A DNA stretch of 60,557 nucleotides from Octopus bimaculoides (lineage: Eukaryota). Positions 26,417-38,685 of the stretch are shown piece by piece. How positions within the stretch are numbered: the first letter of the stretch is position 1; each line of letters opens with the position of its first letter. Both the position numbers and the translations under genes were made by a program. The stretch spans positions 57,742,285 through 57,802,841 of the forward strand of contig NC_068990.1 of the NCBI RefSeq assembly GCF_001194135.2. The letters run 5' to 3'. The notes under the pieces were generated by a model, which saw only the letters and a program-made list of their open reading frames with translations, made no database searches and was not told the origin of the DNA.

Positions 26417-26979
26417 TGAGTGAGTCAGAGAACAACGCATGCTCTAAAAGTACCACTGGGGTACAAATATAGAAATCCCAATATATCCATCATGACTACC
26501 CACCTGATAAGAGTACACAGGTACATGCATCACAACCATTGTGCGCGACTTGATGACTTCATATCAAGATAAGCAGCGCATGACCTTGCTGGTAGGGCCC
26601 AGTTAGAATTTTCTTCAGGTCGAGTAGCCCATCTGCTCAAAAGGTCTCTGAATAGGGGTTATTTAAGGATGATGAGCGAACCACCTATGTTTCTAGAGGT
26701 GAATTATTGAAGCCCCAAAGAATTCCTCACAACGCATGGTTATGATGCTCACTCACTACTCCGGCTCGTGATCAAAGACGCACAAATTGTCAGCCGCTAA
26801 AGGACATGCTCAACTGGTTAAAATCAAGCTACTGACAAGCAAATCTGTGATATTAAGAAGAATTCCTGAAATCCATTTTTTACACCAAGACAAGACAAGA
26901 CATGTACATGATAGCACTTTCAGTCAGTTAAAACCAGAAGTCACGAGAGCCACGAAAGCCACTGCCTGGTATTGCATCA
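26417..26979. mobile_element. Interspersed element family C, copy 2 (~560 bp)
   Basis: Shares blocks such as CATGCATCACAACCAT, CCAGTTAGAATTTTCTTCAGGT and CCACTGCCTGGTA.TGCATCA with copy 1. Confidence 0.8.
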
Positions 26980-26980
26980 A

Positions 26981-27168
26981 AGCGAGCTAGCAGAAGCATT
27001 AGCACTCTGGGCAAAATGCTTAGTGGCATTTCGTCCGTCTTTACGTTCTCAGTTCAAATCCCGTCGGGGTCGATAAATTAAGTAACAGTGGCGTACTGGG
27101 GTCGATCTAATCGACTGGCTACCCTTCCTAAACATTTCGGACTTTGTGCCTAGAGTAGAAAAGATTCT
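26981..27168 (+). mobile_element. SINE family B
   Basis: GCGAGCTAGCAGAAGC..TAGCAC head, TTTACGTTCTCAGTTCAAAT, GTACTGGGGTCGATCTAATCGAC. Confidence 0.88.
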
Positions 27169-27169
27169 T

Positions 27170-27320
27170 TAAGGCGGTGAGCTGGCAGAAACGTTATTTA
27201 TGTCTTTCATCCTTTCGGGGTAGATAGGTTAAGTATCAGTCAAGTACTGGGGGTCGATGTAATCGACTCTTCCCCTCCCCACAAATTCTAGGCCTTGTCT
27301 CTATAGTAGAAATGATTATT
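27170..27320 (+). mobile_element. SINE family B with internal deletion
   Basis: TAAGGCGGTGAGCTGGCAGAAACGTT joined to TTTCATCCTTTCGGGG...GGCCTTGT..ATAGTAGAAATGATT. Confidence 0.85.
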
Positions 27321-27413
27321 ACTATTTTTTATTGGCGTAATGACTCTCTCTAGACACAACTAAATAATAATAAACGTTATCCGGAAATTAAAGCAAGTAA
27401 AACCTGAATGGTA

Positions 27414-27723
27414 GAGGCAGGTGGCCTAGTGGTTAGAGCAGTGGACTCACGGTCGAGGGATCGCGGGTCCGAATCTCAGACCGGGTGATGTGTGTGCTTA
27501 TGAGCGAAAGACCTCAGCTCCACGCGGTTCCGACAGAAGGTAATGCCAAAGTTCTGGTAACTCTTTCGTCACAACTTTCTCTCGATCTTTCCTCCTGCAT
27601 CTAGCAGCTCACTTGCGACGGACTGGAGTCCCGCCCAGGTGGGGAACCTATATGCCAATGAAACCGGGCAACCGGCCCTTATGAGCCAGGCATGGCTCAA
27701 GAAGGAACAAACAACGACAACAA
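27414..27723 (+). mobile_element. tRNA-headed SINE family D
   Basis: A-box TGGCCTAGTGG, B-box-like GGTCCGAATC, central GCGACGGACTGGAGTCCCGCCCAGG, (AAC)-like tail; no acceptor stem, so not a tRNA gene. Confidence 0.8.
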
Positions 27724-27828
27724 GAAAACCTAAATGACAACGATACTTATGCCGTCGGGCTCTCTTTTTCCAAACTGGCATGCTGTTATTGACCATCGAC
27801 ATTCCTGAGGTCTTCCCTCAACTTGGTT

Positions 27829-28003
27829 ACCACCACCACCACCACCACCACCACCACCACCATTATCATCGTCATGTCACCATCACTGTCGTCGTTATCA
27901 ACATTATCGAATTCGCTACAATTGTGACAGTGGAAATACTACTGATGATGATAGTCACGTCGACGATGGTAGTGATGACGACCATGACGGCAACGACGAC
28001 AAC

Positions 28004-28050
<47 letters not shown>

Positions 28051-28097
28051 CGACGACGACGACGACGACGAAAACGATGATGATGATGATGATGATG
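27829..28097. repeat. Compound trinucleotide repeat (CAC)n/(GAT)n/(GAC)n
   Basis: Read directly; gives poly-H/M/T/I/V/R in different frames. Confidence 0.9.
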
Positions 28098-28274
28098 GAA
28101 GTGGGATGGTGCATTATTGTGCGATTGATGAGTGGTTGAAGAAGGAATAATGCTAGTGATAAACGTAGTTTTGTTAGTGACAAACGTTTTTTTCATAACT
28201 GCATTTAAAACTTTCAACAAACTTCTAAAATCCATTGTGGTTTTTGTATTGCACTTACGAAACTCTGTGCACGT

Positions 28275-28321
<47 letters not shown>

Positions 28322-28683
28322 NNNNNNNNNNNNNNNNNNNNNNNNNNNNNNNNNNNNNNNNNNNNNNNNNNNNNNNNNNNNNNNNNNNNNNNNNNNNNNN
28401 NNNNNNNNNNNNNNNNNNNNNNNNNNNNNNNNNNNNNNNNNNNNNNNNNNNNNNNNNNNNNNNNNNNNNNNNNNNNNNNNNNNNNNNNNNNNNNNNNNNN
28501 NNNNNNNNNNNNNNNNNNNNNNNNNNNNNNNNNNNNNNNNNNNNNNNNNNNNNNNNNNNNNNNNNNNNNNNNNNNNNNNNNNNNNNNNNNNNNNNNNNNN
28601 NNNNNNNNNNNNNNNNNNNNNNNNNNNNNNNNNNNNNNNNNNNNNNNNNNNNNNNNNNNNNNNNNNNNNNNNNNNNNNNNNNN

Positions 28684-28736
<53 letters not shown>

Positions 28737-28798
28737 TGTGTGTGTGTGTGCGTATATATACATATATATGTGTGTGTGTGTGTGCGTATATATACATA

Positions 28799-28841
<43 letters not shown>

Positions 28842-29607
28842 GCACACGCACAGACATATGTATGTATGTATGTATGGGAGCAAGTAATGTATTATCCTTT
28901 TTACGTGTTTAAATGCATATATGTAAGCATGGGTCCATATGAAACGTGCAACGTCCACCTTCGCCATGCTGCTACTTTATTGAAAGGAAAATAATTAACC
29001 AATTCCAAGTTAATTCCGTATGTTGAAAAGAACATCGGACTAACGTCTAACAATGTCCAAGTTTAATAGGATTTGTGCTGAGATGAAACCTTATTTAAAA
29101 GGAAGGCCGACAAAATGAACAACTCTTTCATCTTCAGAAATGTATAAAAGAAAACATGAAAGAAAAAGCTAATTGTTTTTTCTCCCTACATTTTCATCAT
29201 ATACACATTCACGTGTGCATAACATATTCTATAAATACTCAAGCATATACACAAAAACACGCACGTTTATGCGCATACGTGCATATGCGTACATATAATG
29301 AAATACACACGCTCACACACACACACACACACACTCGTGCACATATATGTAGGCACACTCACAGATATAAGTGTGTATGTGTGTAAGTATGTGTGTATGT
29401 ATATGTATATATAAGAATCATCAATATCTGGATATGTTCATATGCATACATACATACATACATACATACATACAAACATATATATATATATGTATTTATA
29501 TTTATATTCATATATTTATATATATGTATAAATATATATATATTTATATATTTATGTTTATATATATATATATGCATATATATTTACACACACACACACA
29601 CACACAT

Positions 29608-29681
<74 letters not shown>

Positions 29682-29894
29682 CTAGCTAGATAGATANNNN
29701 NNNNNNNNNNNNNNNNNNNNNNNNNNNNNNNNNNNNNNNNNNNNNNNNNNNNNNNNNNNNNNNNNNNNNNNNNNNNNNNNNNNNNNNNNNNNNNNNNNNN
29801 NNNNNNNNNNNNNNNNNNNNNNNNNNNNNNNNNNNNNNNNNNNNNNNNNNNNNNNNNNNNNNNNNNNNNNNNNNNNNNNNNNNNNNNNNNNNNN

Positions 29895-29944
<50 letters not shown>

Positions 29945-30189
29945 TGTAGAGGGGAGACTTATAGAGTTCCTCATAGGTAACAGTATACAATAGATATGAA
30001 CAAGGAAACATAACTATACATACATGTATATATAATTCAGCAGCCACACCTGTGTGTTGACAATGCCTGCATGTTTAATTAGAAACATACTCGCTTATAT
30101 ACAGAATATATGACCGCAGCCACTTGGCTGAAACGCATGAATAAATAAATAAATAAATAAATAATTAAATAGATAAATAAATAAATATG

Positions 30190-30360
30190 TGGAAACACCA
30201 GACTTAGTGGGTAAGGGCGTCGTGGTCGTAAGATTGCGTTTTTGATACGTGGAGCGGGTGATGTGTTGTGCTTTTGACCATAAAACCCGTCCAGGGGAAG
30301 AATATATACCCTACAAAAATCAGGAAGCCGGTCACATGAACCAATGACTCGATAAAGACC
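30190..30360 (+). mobile_element. Degenerate SINE family D-like remnant
   Basis: CTTAGTGGGTAAG head, GGGTGATGTGT and CCCGTCCAGGGG blocks resemble 27414-27723. Confidence 0.4.
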
Positions 30361-30620
30361 TGTAATCATTCTCTGTTATATATGCATAAGTAAATTATAT
30401 GTACATCTGATATATATATATATATATNNNNNNNNNNNNNNNNNNNNNNNNNNNNNNNNNNNNNNNNNNNNNNNNNNNNNNNNNNNNNNNNNNNNNNNNN
30501 NNNNNNNNNNNNNNNNNNNNNNNNNNNNNNNNNNNNNNNNNNNNNNNNNNNNNNNNNNNNNNNNNNNNNNNNNNNNNNNNNNNNNNNNNNNNNNNNNNNN
30601 NNNNNNNNNNNNNNNNATAC

Positions 30621-30672
<52 letters not shown>

Positions 30673-30697
30673 ATACATACATACACATATATATATG

Positions 30698-30728
<31 letters not shown>

Positions 30729-30992
30729 GTATATATATGTATGCATATATATATACACACAAGTATTCACGTGTACATATTGGTAGGTATGTTTCTGTGT
30801 TGACAATGTTTAAGCATGCATACATAATTTTATATATGTTGGGTATTTGACAACTAATCAAACGTTATAATATATACATACACATTCATACTCATTTGAG
30901 TTCATAATGGTTGCTTAACTAGAGCGGATTATCAGGGAACACTTTATTGCATTAGGTTACAGAGAACTAATGTCAAGATTTGGGTAAATGAT

Positions 30993-31026
<34 letters not shown>

Positions 31027-31029
31027 GCG

Positions 31030-31074
<45 letters not shown>

Positions 31075-31711
31075 ATATATATATATATATATATATATTT
31101 CATTGTTAGCGACGGAAGCAGTATTAGTTCGAATTACTTAACAGTATATACTGATCGGGAATATAGATATATGATTTGCACAAACATGAGTGTTTGTATG
31201 CAGGGATATTAATATGTGTGTGTGTTTGTCTGTACGGATGTATGCGTATATATGTTTGATAAATGTAATATATAGAAATTCAACAGTTTTGGACGAAACG
31301 CCTACTAAAATCACTACAAATATAATTAAAACATTTATTTTAATGTAGTCAGCTATGGTAGGGGAGGCAATCCCGTCTACATTCAGTTAAATTCAGGCGC
31401 ATTTGAATGTTTCGAATTTATGAGTAAAGATTGTGAACAGAATATATTCATTTAATATAAATCTCTTTCTACACATTCAAAATTAATGTTGTAACATTTA
31501 TAATATTTGAGAACAGTCATTGCTGCCTCCTTGTATGCTGTAGTAAACGCGTAGTTTAGAATTAAGAAAAGTGGCGGCACTAGAAATATTTCTAGTGTGG
31601 ATAGATTCTAGACTAGAAGAATGGTTTTATGAAGTGATAGTGTAGAAATTTCGTATCCAATATTTTAGCATGTTGCGAATAATAGTATAGTAAGTAATCG
31701 AAGTAGACACC

Positions 31712-31917
31712 TAGGCGTAGGCATGGCATCCTAGGTGCAGAGGTGGCTCATAGGTACAGACGTTGCTATAGGTGAAGATGTGGCCGTGTTGTCAAGAAGT
31801 TTCCTTCCCGACCATGTAGTCTTGGGTTGAGACCCACCGCGCGGTAACTTAGACGATATTGTCCCGGGGCGATCAGAGCTTTGTGAATGGATTTGGCATA
31901 CGGAAACTGAAAGAAAC

Positions 31918-31983
<66 letters not shown>

Positions 31984-32195
31984 CTTTGTATTTATACTGT
32001 CTTTGACGTCAACCACCACATGACGACCATTGTTGGTCTACTTAGCGATTTGGCAAAAGCGATAGAAAGGAAACCGACACGATTAGACTAAAAGCAAGCC
32101 AAAAAAAGTTTTGTGGTGCGGTCAGATTAAACCCTTCAAAGCAGTGCTCCGGCATGGCCGAAGATAAATATCTGAAACAAGTAAAAGATGAAGGA
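31712..32195 (+). mobile_element. SINE family A, degenerate, with reiterated 5' end and internal (GT)n
   Basis: GGATTTGG..ACGGAAACTGAAAGAA, CTTAGCG.TTTGGCAAAAG, GCATGGCCG...CTGAAACAAGTAAAAGAT. Confidence 0.8.
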
Positions 32196-32658
32196 AAGAC
32201 AGGAGAGATATAAAGGGAAACGTAAAAATTATTTGAAGGTAGGGGATTATCGTTGGTCGATGCAGGATGTCATTGAAAGCTAAGTGAAGTCAGAGCTGGT
32301 GTCTGGCAGTGAAAATTAAGACTGTGAAAGAGAGAGACAGAGAAATCGTAGACAGGAGGGGACATTATACTCTCCTCATCATATTAGTGTTTTTAACTTG
32401 GAGACTGTTTCAGTTTTATCGAGCGCTTCAAAGCAGACTGGAATAGACATACAATCAGCGGTAATAGAAACAATTACTTCGCTATTGGGGATTGAAACGT
32501 TTCGACCATGACCTGAATGTCGGATTTTATCATTTGAGTATTTAAGACTTAATTTAGTTGTTGGGCAATGTTTAAGCAGGCATGCATAAATTTACATATG
32601 ATGTGTATTTGACAGTGACACAGAGTAACTTATCAATCCATCCAGCCATCTATTCATT

Positions 32659-32689
<31 letters not shown>

Positions 32690-32815
32690 GTATACATATA
32701 TATATAGATATAAATATAGATATGCATATATATATGTGTGTATATATATGAATATATAAATATATATATATACATATGTATGTATATACATGTATATTCA
32801 GGCATATGTGTGTGT

Positions 32816-32859
<44 letters not shown>

Positions 32860-34491
32860 ATTTATACACACATATACACATACAAACAAAGAAGATTAAG
32901 AGAGAAATATAGAAAATACAGAAAAGCAGAACAATCTCTGACCTCTTCCCTTCTGAAGTTCCCCCTATTTAATATCATATCTAACACTGAATGGCTATGT
33001 TACAATTTGTCAAACTGTTCATTTTATGTTCAGTAAAAACCTGCCGCTGAAAGAATCATCTGAAGTAGATAAACATGGAAGATTTTTCCTGATTATCTTT
33101 TACTCCTTTACTATTTGTCTCTCATTTTCTCACCTCTTTTCCTTTCGTTCTTTTACTCTCTCCCGTCTTTCTCTCTCCCGTCTTTCTCTCTCCACACACT
33201 CTCTCTCTCTCTCTCTCTTTCCCCTTCTCCCCCTTTCTCTCTCCCTCTCGATTGCTCCACTGTCCTCTAGTTTCCATCTCCCATCTCATGTCACCAAGTG
33301 GGATCAAATATCTTTCATTTGCCCGTCATTTAGTCATTCTTCTTAGTTTCGCCCTTCCTTGATATCAGTCTGACTGGTCATTCGTTTGCCTGTCCACTAG
33401 TCTGGACAGTCGTCAATATTTAAGGAAAAGCGTCGGAGAAACCTAATGCTTAATGATTTATTCATAATCTGTTGAAAGAGAGGCCTTTTTCTTATTTACG
33501 ACTTTCATTTTACCAACCATCACTGTCTAATGTTGTGTATTGAATAACAGCTTCTGGAGGAATGTTTTTCAGAGAATTTAGGTTTCGTTTGCAATAAAAT
33601 GTTCCATAACACAACGATGACGGCGGCCAATGTAACTAACAAAAATGTATTGAGCTAACGAGTGAAGATCATCTATATTTCCTAACTTGCTAATAATAGT
33701 AGCCAAATAATCCATCTATTACGCTATTCTGTCATATAAGAAAAAAGGAAGGAAGCAGATATTAGATAGTTCAATCCTATATGCGCTGTAGTTTGGAAAT
33801 GATGAAAATGGAGGTGATGATGGCTAAAATGCTTTTGATAATAGATTTTTTCAAGTTATTTTGACTTGATAGTAAGCAAAATCCAAAAATATGCTGTTTG
33901 TTGTCGTCGATATCCATTTATACAGTTATTTTGTATTTTAGCAAGACTCATAACTCACCCGGAATGAGGAAATTTAATCCATGTAGACTAACCACAGTTA
34001 AAAGAATAATCACCAAGTAGAAATAGGTATATTTCCAGCAGCATGCCAAAATCGAATCGAAATAGTATTTTGTAATGCAAAATTGTTGAATATGATCAAA
34101 ATATTGGCAAATGTTTCAATAGTTTTGAAAGAGAATAGTATTAACTGCAAGAAATAACAAGTTTACAAAAAACCGTTTGCTTTGATTTCCAGTTGAAATT
34201 CAAGTTATAGTTTACAAGGAATTTGTGATTTTTAGTTTAAAAATTTAGCAATTTTTAAATGATTTAATCTTGTATGCTACATCCTTCATTTTCGTTTCTA
34301 AAACAATGGGGAATATCTTTCTAAATTATCAATTTTGAGAATGAAGATTATAATATGAAAAAAGATAAATGCATGAATCTTAACAATCTTAACAATCCAC
34401 TACGCCAAAAAGTCATGTTACAACTAAAAAGATTTAATGAATGACTCTCTAGTTAACCCATCTACCTTCTAGAATTGGCAGTCATACTCCT

Positions 34492-34863
34492 TTAAATCAT
34501 ACTATTGTTCTGAAAAAAATGGATAGAAACACTGGACATTGTACTTGTGATAAAAATAAAGACAGCAAGCGAGATAATCACCACTGAAATGTCTTTGACG
34601 ATAGGATTGCTAGTTGAAAAGTATCTTGGGGTATACAACCACGACAACATTCCTCCAATCAGAATCAAAAACGCTAACAACTCAAAAATCCACGCGGGGA
34701 ACCCAGCCAAGTTCCCGGAGTAGCTGAAGAGACTTGTGTGGGGACATTTGCACACCTGGTTGCCAAACCATGAGGCATTTAAAGAATTGGCTTCAAAAGG
34801 TTTGATAATTTCAAAAACTTTGTTTTGAAATTTCACTGGTTCTTTGTTTATTGTTTTCATCAT
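34492..34863 (-). CDS. Uncharacterised 123-aa small membrane protein with two C-terminal hydrophobic segments
   Basis: Non-repetitive, GC-richer ORF. Acceptor ataatacag lies 8 nt upstream of the ATG (exon starts at 34871). Hydrophobic runs WIFELLAFLILIGGMLSWLY and ISVVIISLAVFIFITSTM; AT-rich UTR-like sequence follows. Confidence 0.55.
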   Translation of the reverse strand: MMKTINKEPVKFQNKVFEIIKPFEANSLNASWFGNQVCKCPHTSLFSYSGNLAGFPAWIFELLAFLILIGGMLSWLYTPRYFSTSNPIVKDISVVIISLAVFIFITSTMSSVSIHFFQNNSMI

Positions 34864-35199
34864 GCCTGGTTCTGTATTATAATTAGTTTATTTTCATCTT
34901 TACTATTTACGTTTGTAACTATAAAGTTGTTTGAAAGAGCATTACAATTTGATTGTATTTGATAGTATACATTTTGTTCGTAATCTACTGTTCGTTTGAA
35001 CATCTCACAACCGGAAACTTCTGAAACTTTTATAAGCCAACAATGTCATTTGTGGACATGATTGAATGTTGAAATAAACTAACGAAGCAAGCGCTGTTTC
35101 ACGACGGTTATAAAAGTTGTTCAAAATTGGGTTTTCGACTAAACGAGAGGGAGGAATTGGGTAGAGTTAGAGTTAAAATCAAACAAATTATACGTTTTC

Positions 35200-35400
35200 T
35201 ATCTCACAAAGCAACCAACGCACCGACCTTCGCGAAATAGTGTTAGCTTCGTTAGTTAGTTTTGAACTCACAGACAAACTTGGTTCACGTTCAAATTACA
35301 TGTCTGTCTTATATTAGAATATTAATTTTCAACATTTCGTAAAGAAATTTCCATCATCCGTGCGATGCGTAGAAAAAAAATAACAAAGACCATTAGAGAC
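35200..35400 (-). promoter_or_regulatory. Candidate promoter / non-coding first exon for the 34.5-34.9-kb ORF
   Basis: Minus-strand donor TCT|gtgagt at 35272/35271 gives a 400-nt intron to 34872; local CpG cluster and palindrome TTCGCGAA at 35229-35236. Confidence 0.35.
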
Positions 35401-35859
35401 GAATTTTTTTTCTATTTTGGATATAAAAATATTGAAGCCGTGTTAGTGCTGAAAATAGAAGGCAAAAATATATTTTGGTTGTAGGAATCTTGCTACTTTT
35501 TCTATTGTATATACATTTAATTTTATATAAAATTTGGGTCGTCCTTTACATTGTTTATATTTGAAAATCAAACTTTTGTGTTTGAAGCTAAAATTTAAAA
35601 ACACAAAAGTAATTTTAGAAATTTCCATCAAAATAATTGAGATACTGTAATAGAAAATTTAGGTTTGCTTCTCTCAGATAGTTTCAAATCCTAGAACAAC
35701 CAAGTATGAGATAACGACGCACGCTAAAGGAAGACAGACAAAACAAGTCAATGAATCTTGAATAATATGTAATATTTTTATCCTGGAGCCTTCTAACAAC
35801 GGATCCTACAATATGTATGTGTGTCACTGTATCATTTTATAAGGTGTCTCCTCTGTTTT

Positions 35860-36000
35860 TCCCTTCTTTGGACTTTCCTTGTTTCCGACGAAGAGCTCCG
35901 CTCGAAACGTCATACTTTCTCTCTTTCCTTTCCCGAGTGTCTAGTAACACAATCTGTATCACGTCCTCACGTTGTTTTTTGTCTTTTTCCTTTTTTTGAA
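35860..36000 (+). mobile_element. Penelope-like terminal repeat fragment with hammerhead-like motif
   Basis: CCGACGA-A-GAGC-TCC-GCTC-GAAAC-GTC; downstream TTCCCGAG...GTCCTC...GTTGTTTTT resembles the 41.3-41.8-kb repeat. Confidence 0.6.
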
Positions 36001-36113
36001 CCTATATNNNNNNNNNNNNNNNNNNNNNNNNNNNNNNNNNNNNNNNNNNNNNNNNNNNNNNNNNNNNNNNNNNNNNNNNNNNNNNNNNNNNNNNNNNNNN
36101 NNNNNNNNNNNNN

Positions 36114-36144
<31 letters not shown>

Positions 36145-36481
36145 AATAGTGTTCACAGTAAATTAGAAGTTTTGGCTAACATACCCTTCATCGGACTGCG
36201 AAACATTTGAGCTATTCTTGCCTTTGGTGATAAGTTTAATTTTTCTGGAATAGGCAGAGCTCTGTTGAATGATAATTAGGTTATAGAGTCGGTTCTAAAT
36301 ATAATACGATATTCTAATATCGAACTCTAGTATGCGTATTGTATTCTTTCTCAAATAATACTTCATATTTTATAGTATAACTTGATTATATTTTATAAAG
36401 TATTACACATGTTTGATCATCAACTAGAATTACAAAATAAAGAATACATCTCCGTCAGTTTGACGACTGCATCGTCTAGAA

Positions 36482-36807
36482 CAGAGGTTCTCAATCATGG
36501 ACCCCTTTGATTCTTATTTACCTTGGGTGGACCCCCAAAGCCATTCGATTTTTTAAAATCCTATTGTATTTCTATAATTAAATATAAGGAATTGTATAAA
36601 AGTAATTGTTAAAATATTTTGTGTACTATGACAGTATAACCAATTCATTGCAGTAAACTTTACTGGTTTGAAGCACAATTTTTTCATAGCCCCTGCAAAA
36701 TTACCGTGGACTTCCAATTTATTGTATTGCCTCCATCGACCCCTCTCTTCCAAATATATCTTACCTAGACCTCCAAGGTCCATGTGGACCCCGTTTGAGA
36801 ACCCCTG
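36482..36807 (+). mobile_element. hAT (Charlie-like) MITE, 326 bp
   Basis: TIRs CAGAGGTTCTCAA / TTGAGAACCCCTG; near-identical 8-bp flanks GTCTAGAA / GTGTAGAA match the NTCTAGAN target preference of Charlie elements. Confidence 0.88.
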
Positions 36808-37268
36808 GTGTAGAAAAATAAAAAAAGAAGTTATGACAATAAGTTATATAGGAGAGACTGATATTCTTAAACGAGAAAAGTAACTGCAATGAAAACTTTA
36901 AAAGTTTTTTTTTTATGGTGGTGGTGGTTTGGGTTGTGAAGAGGAGGTGAACAAATTTCTGGAAAAATACTAAAAACTTTCAGAATACATGGAAAACATT
37001 GCTATTCTAATCCAGTGAACAAATGTCGTAGAATATTAGGCTTCAAGTTTGTTCTATATTTCATTTCCCAGCATACTACAAGATTATTATTGTGGGCAAT
37101 AAAGTTTTAACTCTAAATTTACATTTTTACCTTGACAATACATCATCGATGAAAGATCTAAACTCTCAGAACTCAGACCAATCTTTGCGCGAGTGAAATA
37201 TTTTTTATTTACTTACTTTCACTAACAAATGTAATTAATGTGGGAAAATATATATGTCCAATTTCAAT

Positions 37269-37670
37269 TAGGTACAGGCGTGGCTGTGTGGTAGGAAGTT
37301 TGTTTCCCAACCACATGGTTTCGGGTTCAGTTCCACTGCGAGGCACCTTGGGCAAGTGTCTTCTATAGCCAGGAGCCGACCAAAGCCTTGTGAGTGGACT
37401 TGGTACACAGAAACTGAAAGAAGCCTGCCGTATATATATACCCCCCGCGCGCGCGTCTTTGTTTCTGTGTTTGTCCCCCAATACCGTTTGATAACCGGTG
37501 TTAGTGTATTTACATCTCTGTAAATTAGCAGCTTCTCAAAAGAGACCGATAAAATAAGTACCAGGCTTAAAATGTAGATAAGTACTGAGGTAGATTCGTT
37601 GAACTAAAACTCTTCAATGCGGTGGCTTAGCATGGTCGCTGTCCAATGATCCAAACAAGTAAATGGTAAA
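37269..37670 (+). mobile_element. SINE family A, full length
   Basis: AGGCGTGGCTGTGTGGTAGGAAG...GGGTTCAGTTCCACTGCG...CCTTGGGCAAGTGTC...ATAAGTACCAGGC...AAACAAGTAAA. Confidence 0.92.
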
Positions 37671-38628
37671 ATGTTATTGAATCTTATTTAGGGTGACGCT
37701 AAAAGTTTGTATTTTTAATAGATAAAATATTTTGTGCATCTGCTGTAATTGCATCTTCAACAACAGCTGCACATCACCGAGTTAAAAGTCTTTTAACATA
37801 GCGAAAAAAAAATGAGTTGATTTGTACTCTATATTTCACACGGTATATAAAAATGGTCTAGTTTGATACACGTTAAAGTGTATAGGTGCCGTAGCTGCGT
37901 GTCGTATACCACCATAACCTGTTACAACCGTGTTCATTAAAGGAATAGAGATCTAAAATAAAGTTTCCTATGGGCTGAGGAAGGTAACAGATGAAGGTTT
38001 TAGCAAGAAGAACAGTGTTCATACCGGTAAGCCTCGTTGTGAAACAGGGCACACGTTCCGATTGTAAAGGTTTATAACTGGATGGGAAATCAAACATCAC
38101 ATACAAGTAATTTGGTATATTTTCTTCTTTGAACTTCATATAATCATTTATTTTAAAAGAGGTATAATCGATAAGCGATGGAATTGATCCAGTATATCCC
38201 TATTAATTATTACATAACACTAAAGAGCAAAGACGTTGCTAACTAGATTTGAACTCAGAATGCGAATCTGTGACACGCTTGACTTGCATAATATTAAATA
38301 CATTGCTAGCTTGAAATGGAAGTAAATCAGAGATACGTAACAAAACGAGGAGAGGAAGGAAAAGAGGAGCTGGAAAAGTATTAGCGGATACGAAATCTCA
38401 GCTGTAGAAGAGAGGAGAAATAAATAAAAAGGAACATGATAATGAAGAGAATGCAGGAACGAATAAGGAAGGAAGTAGCACGGGGAACTGAGAAAGAGGG
38501 CGAGAAAGAGAGGGGGAGATAGAGTGAACGAAAGGTAAAGAAATGACAAGAGAGTTTAACCAGAGAAAAATAAAAAGAGATTAGGTGAAAAGGAGAAATG
38601 CAAAGATTGAAGAGAGAGGTAGAGGTAA

Positions 38629-38685
<57 letters not shown>

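Noticed and set aside
25700-27320. Repeat-spacer-like alternation suggesting a CRISPR array
   Set aside because: Units are 150-560-bp diverged retroposons in eukaryotic DNA; there are no short identical repeats or cas genes
27414-27485. tRNA-like sequence with A and B boxes
   Set aside because: No acceptor-stem pairing, and it continues into a SINE body; the same applies to the heads at 47.5 and 55.3 kb
27780-28235. Poly-His/Met/Thr/Ile ORFs in several frames
   Set aside because: Compound trinucleotide microsatellite, open on both strands, with no splice or flanking coding support
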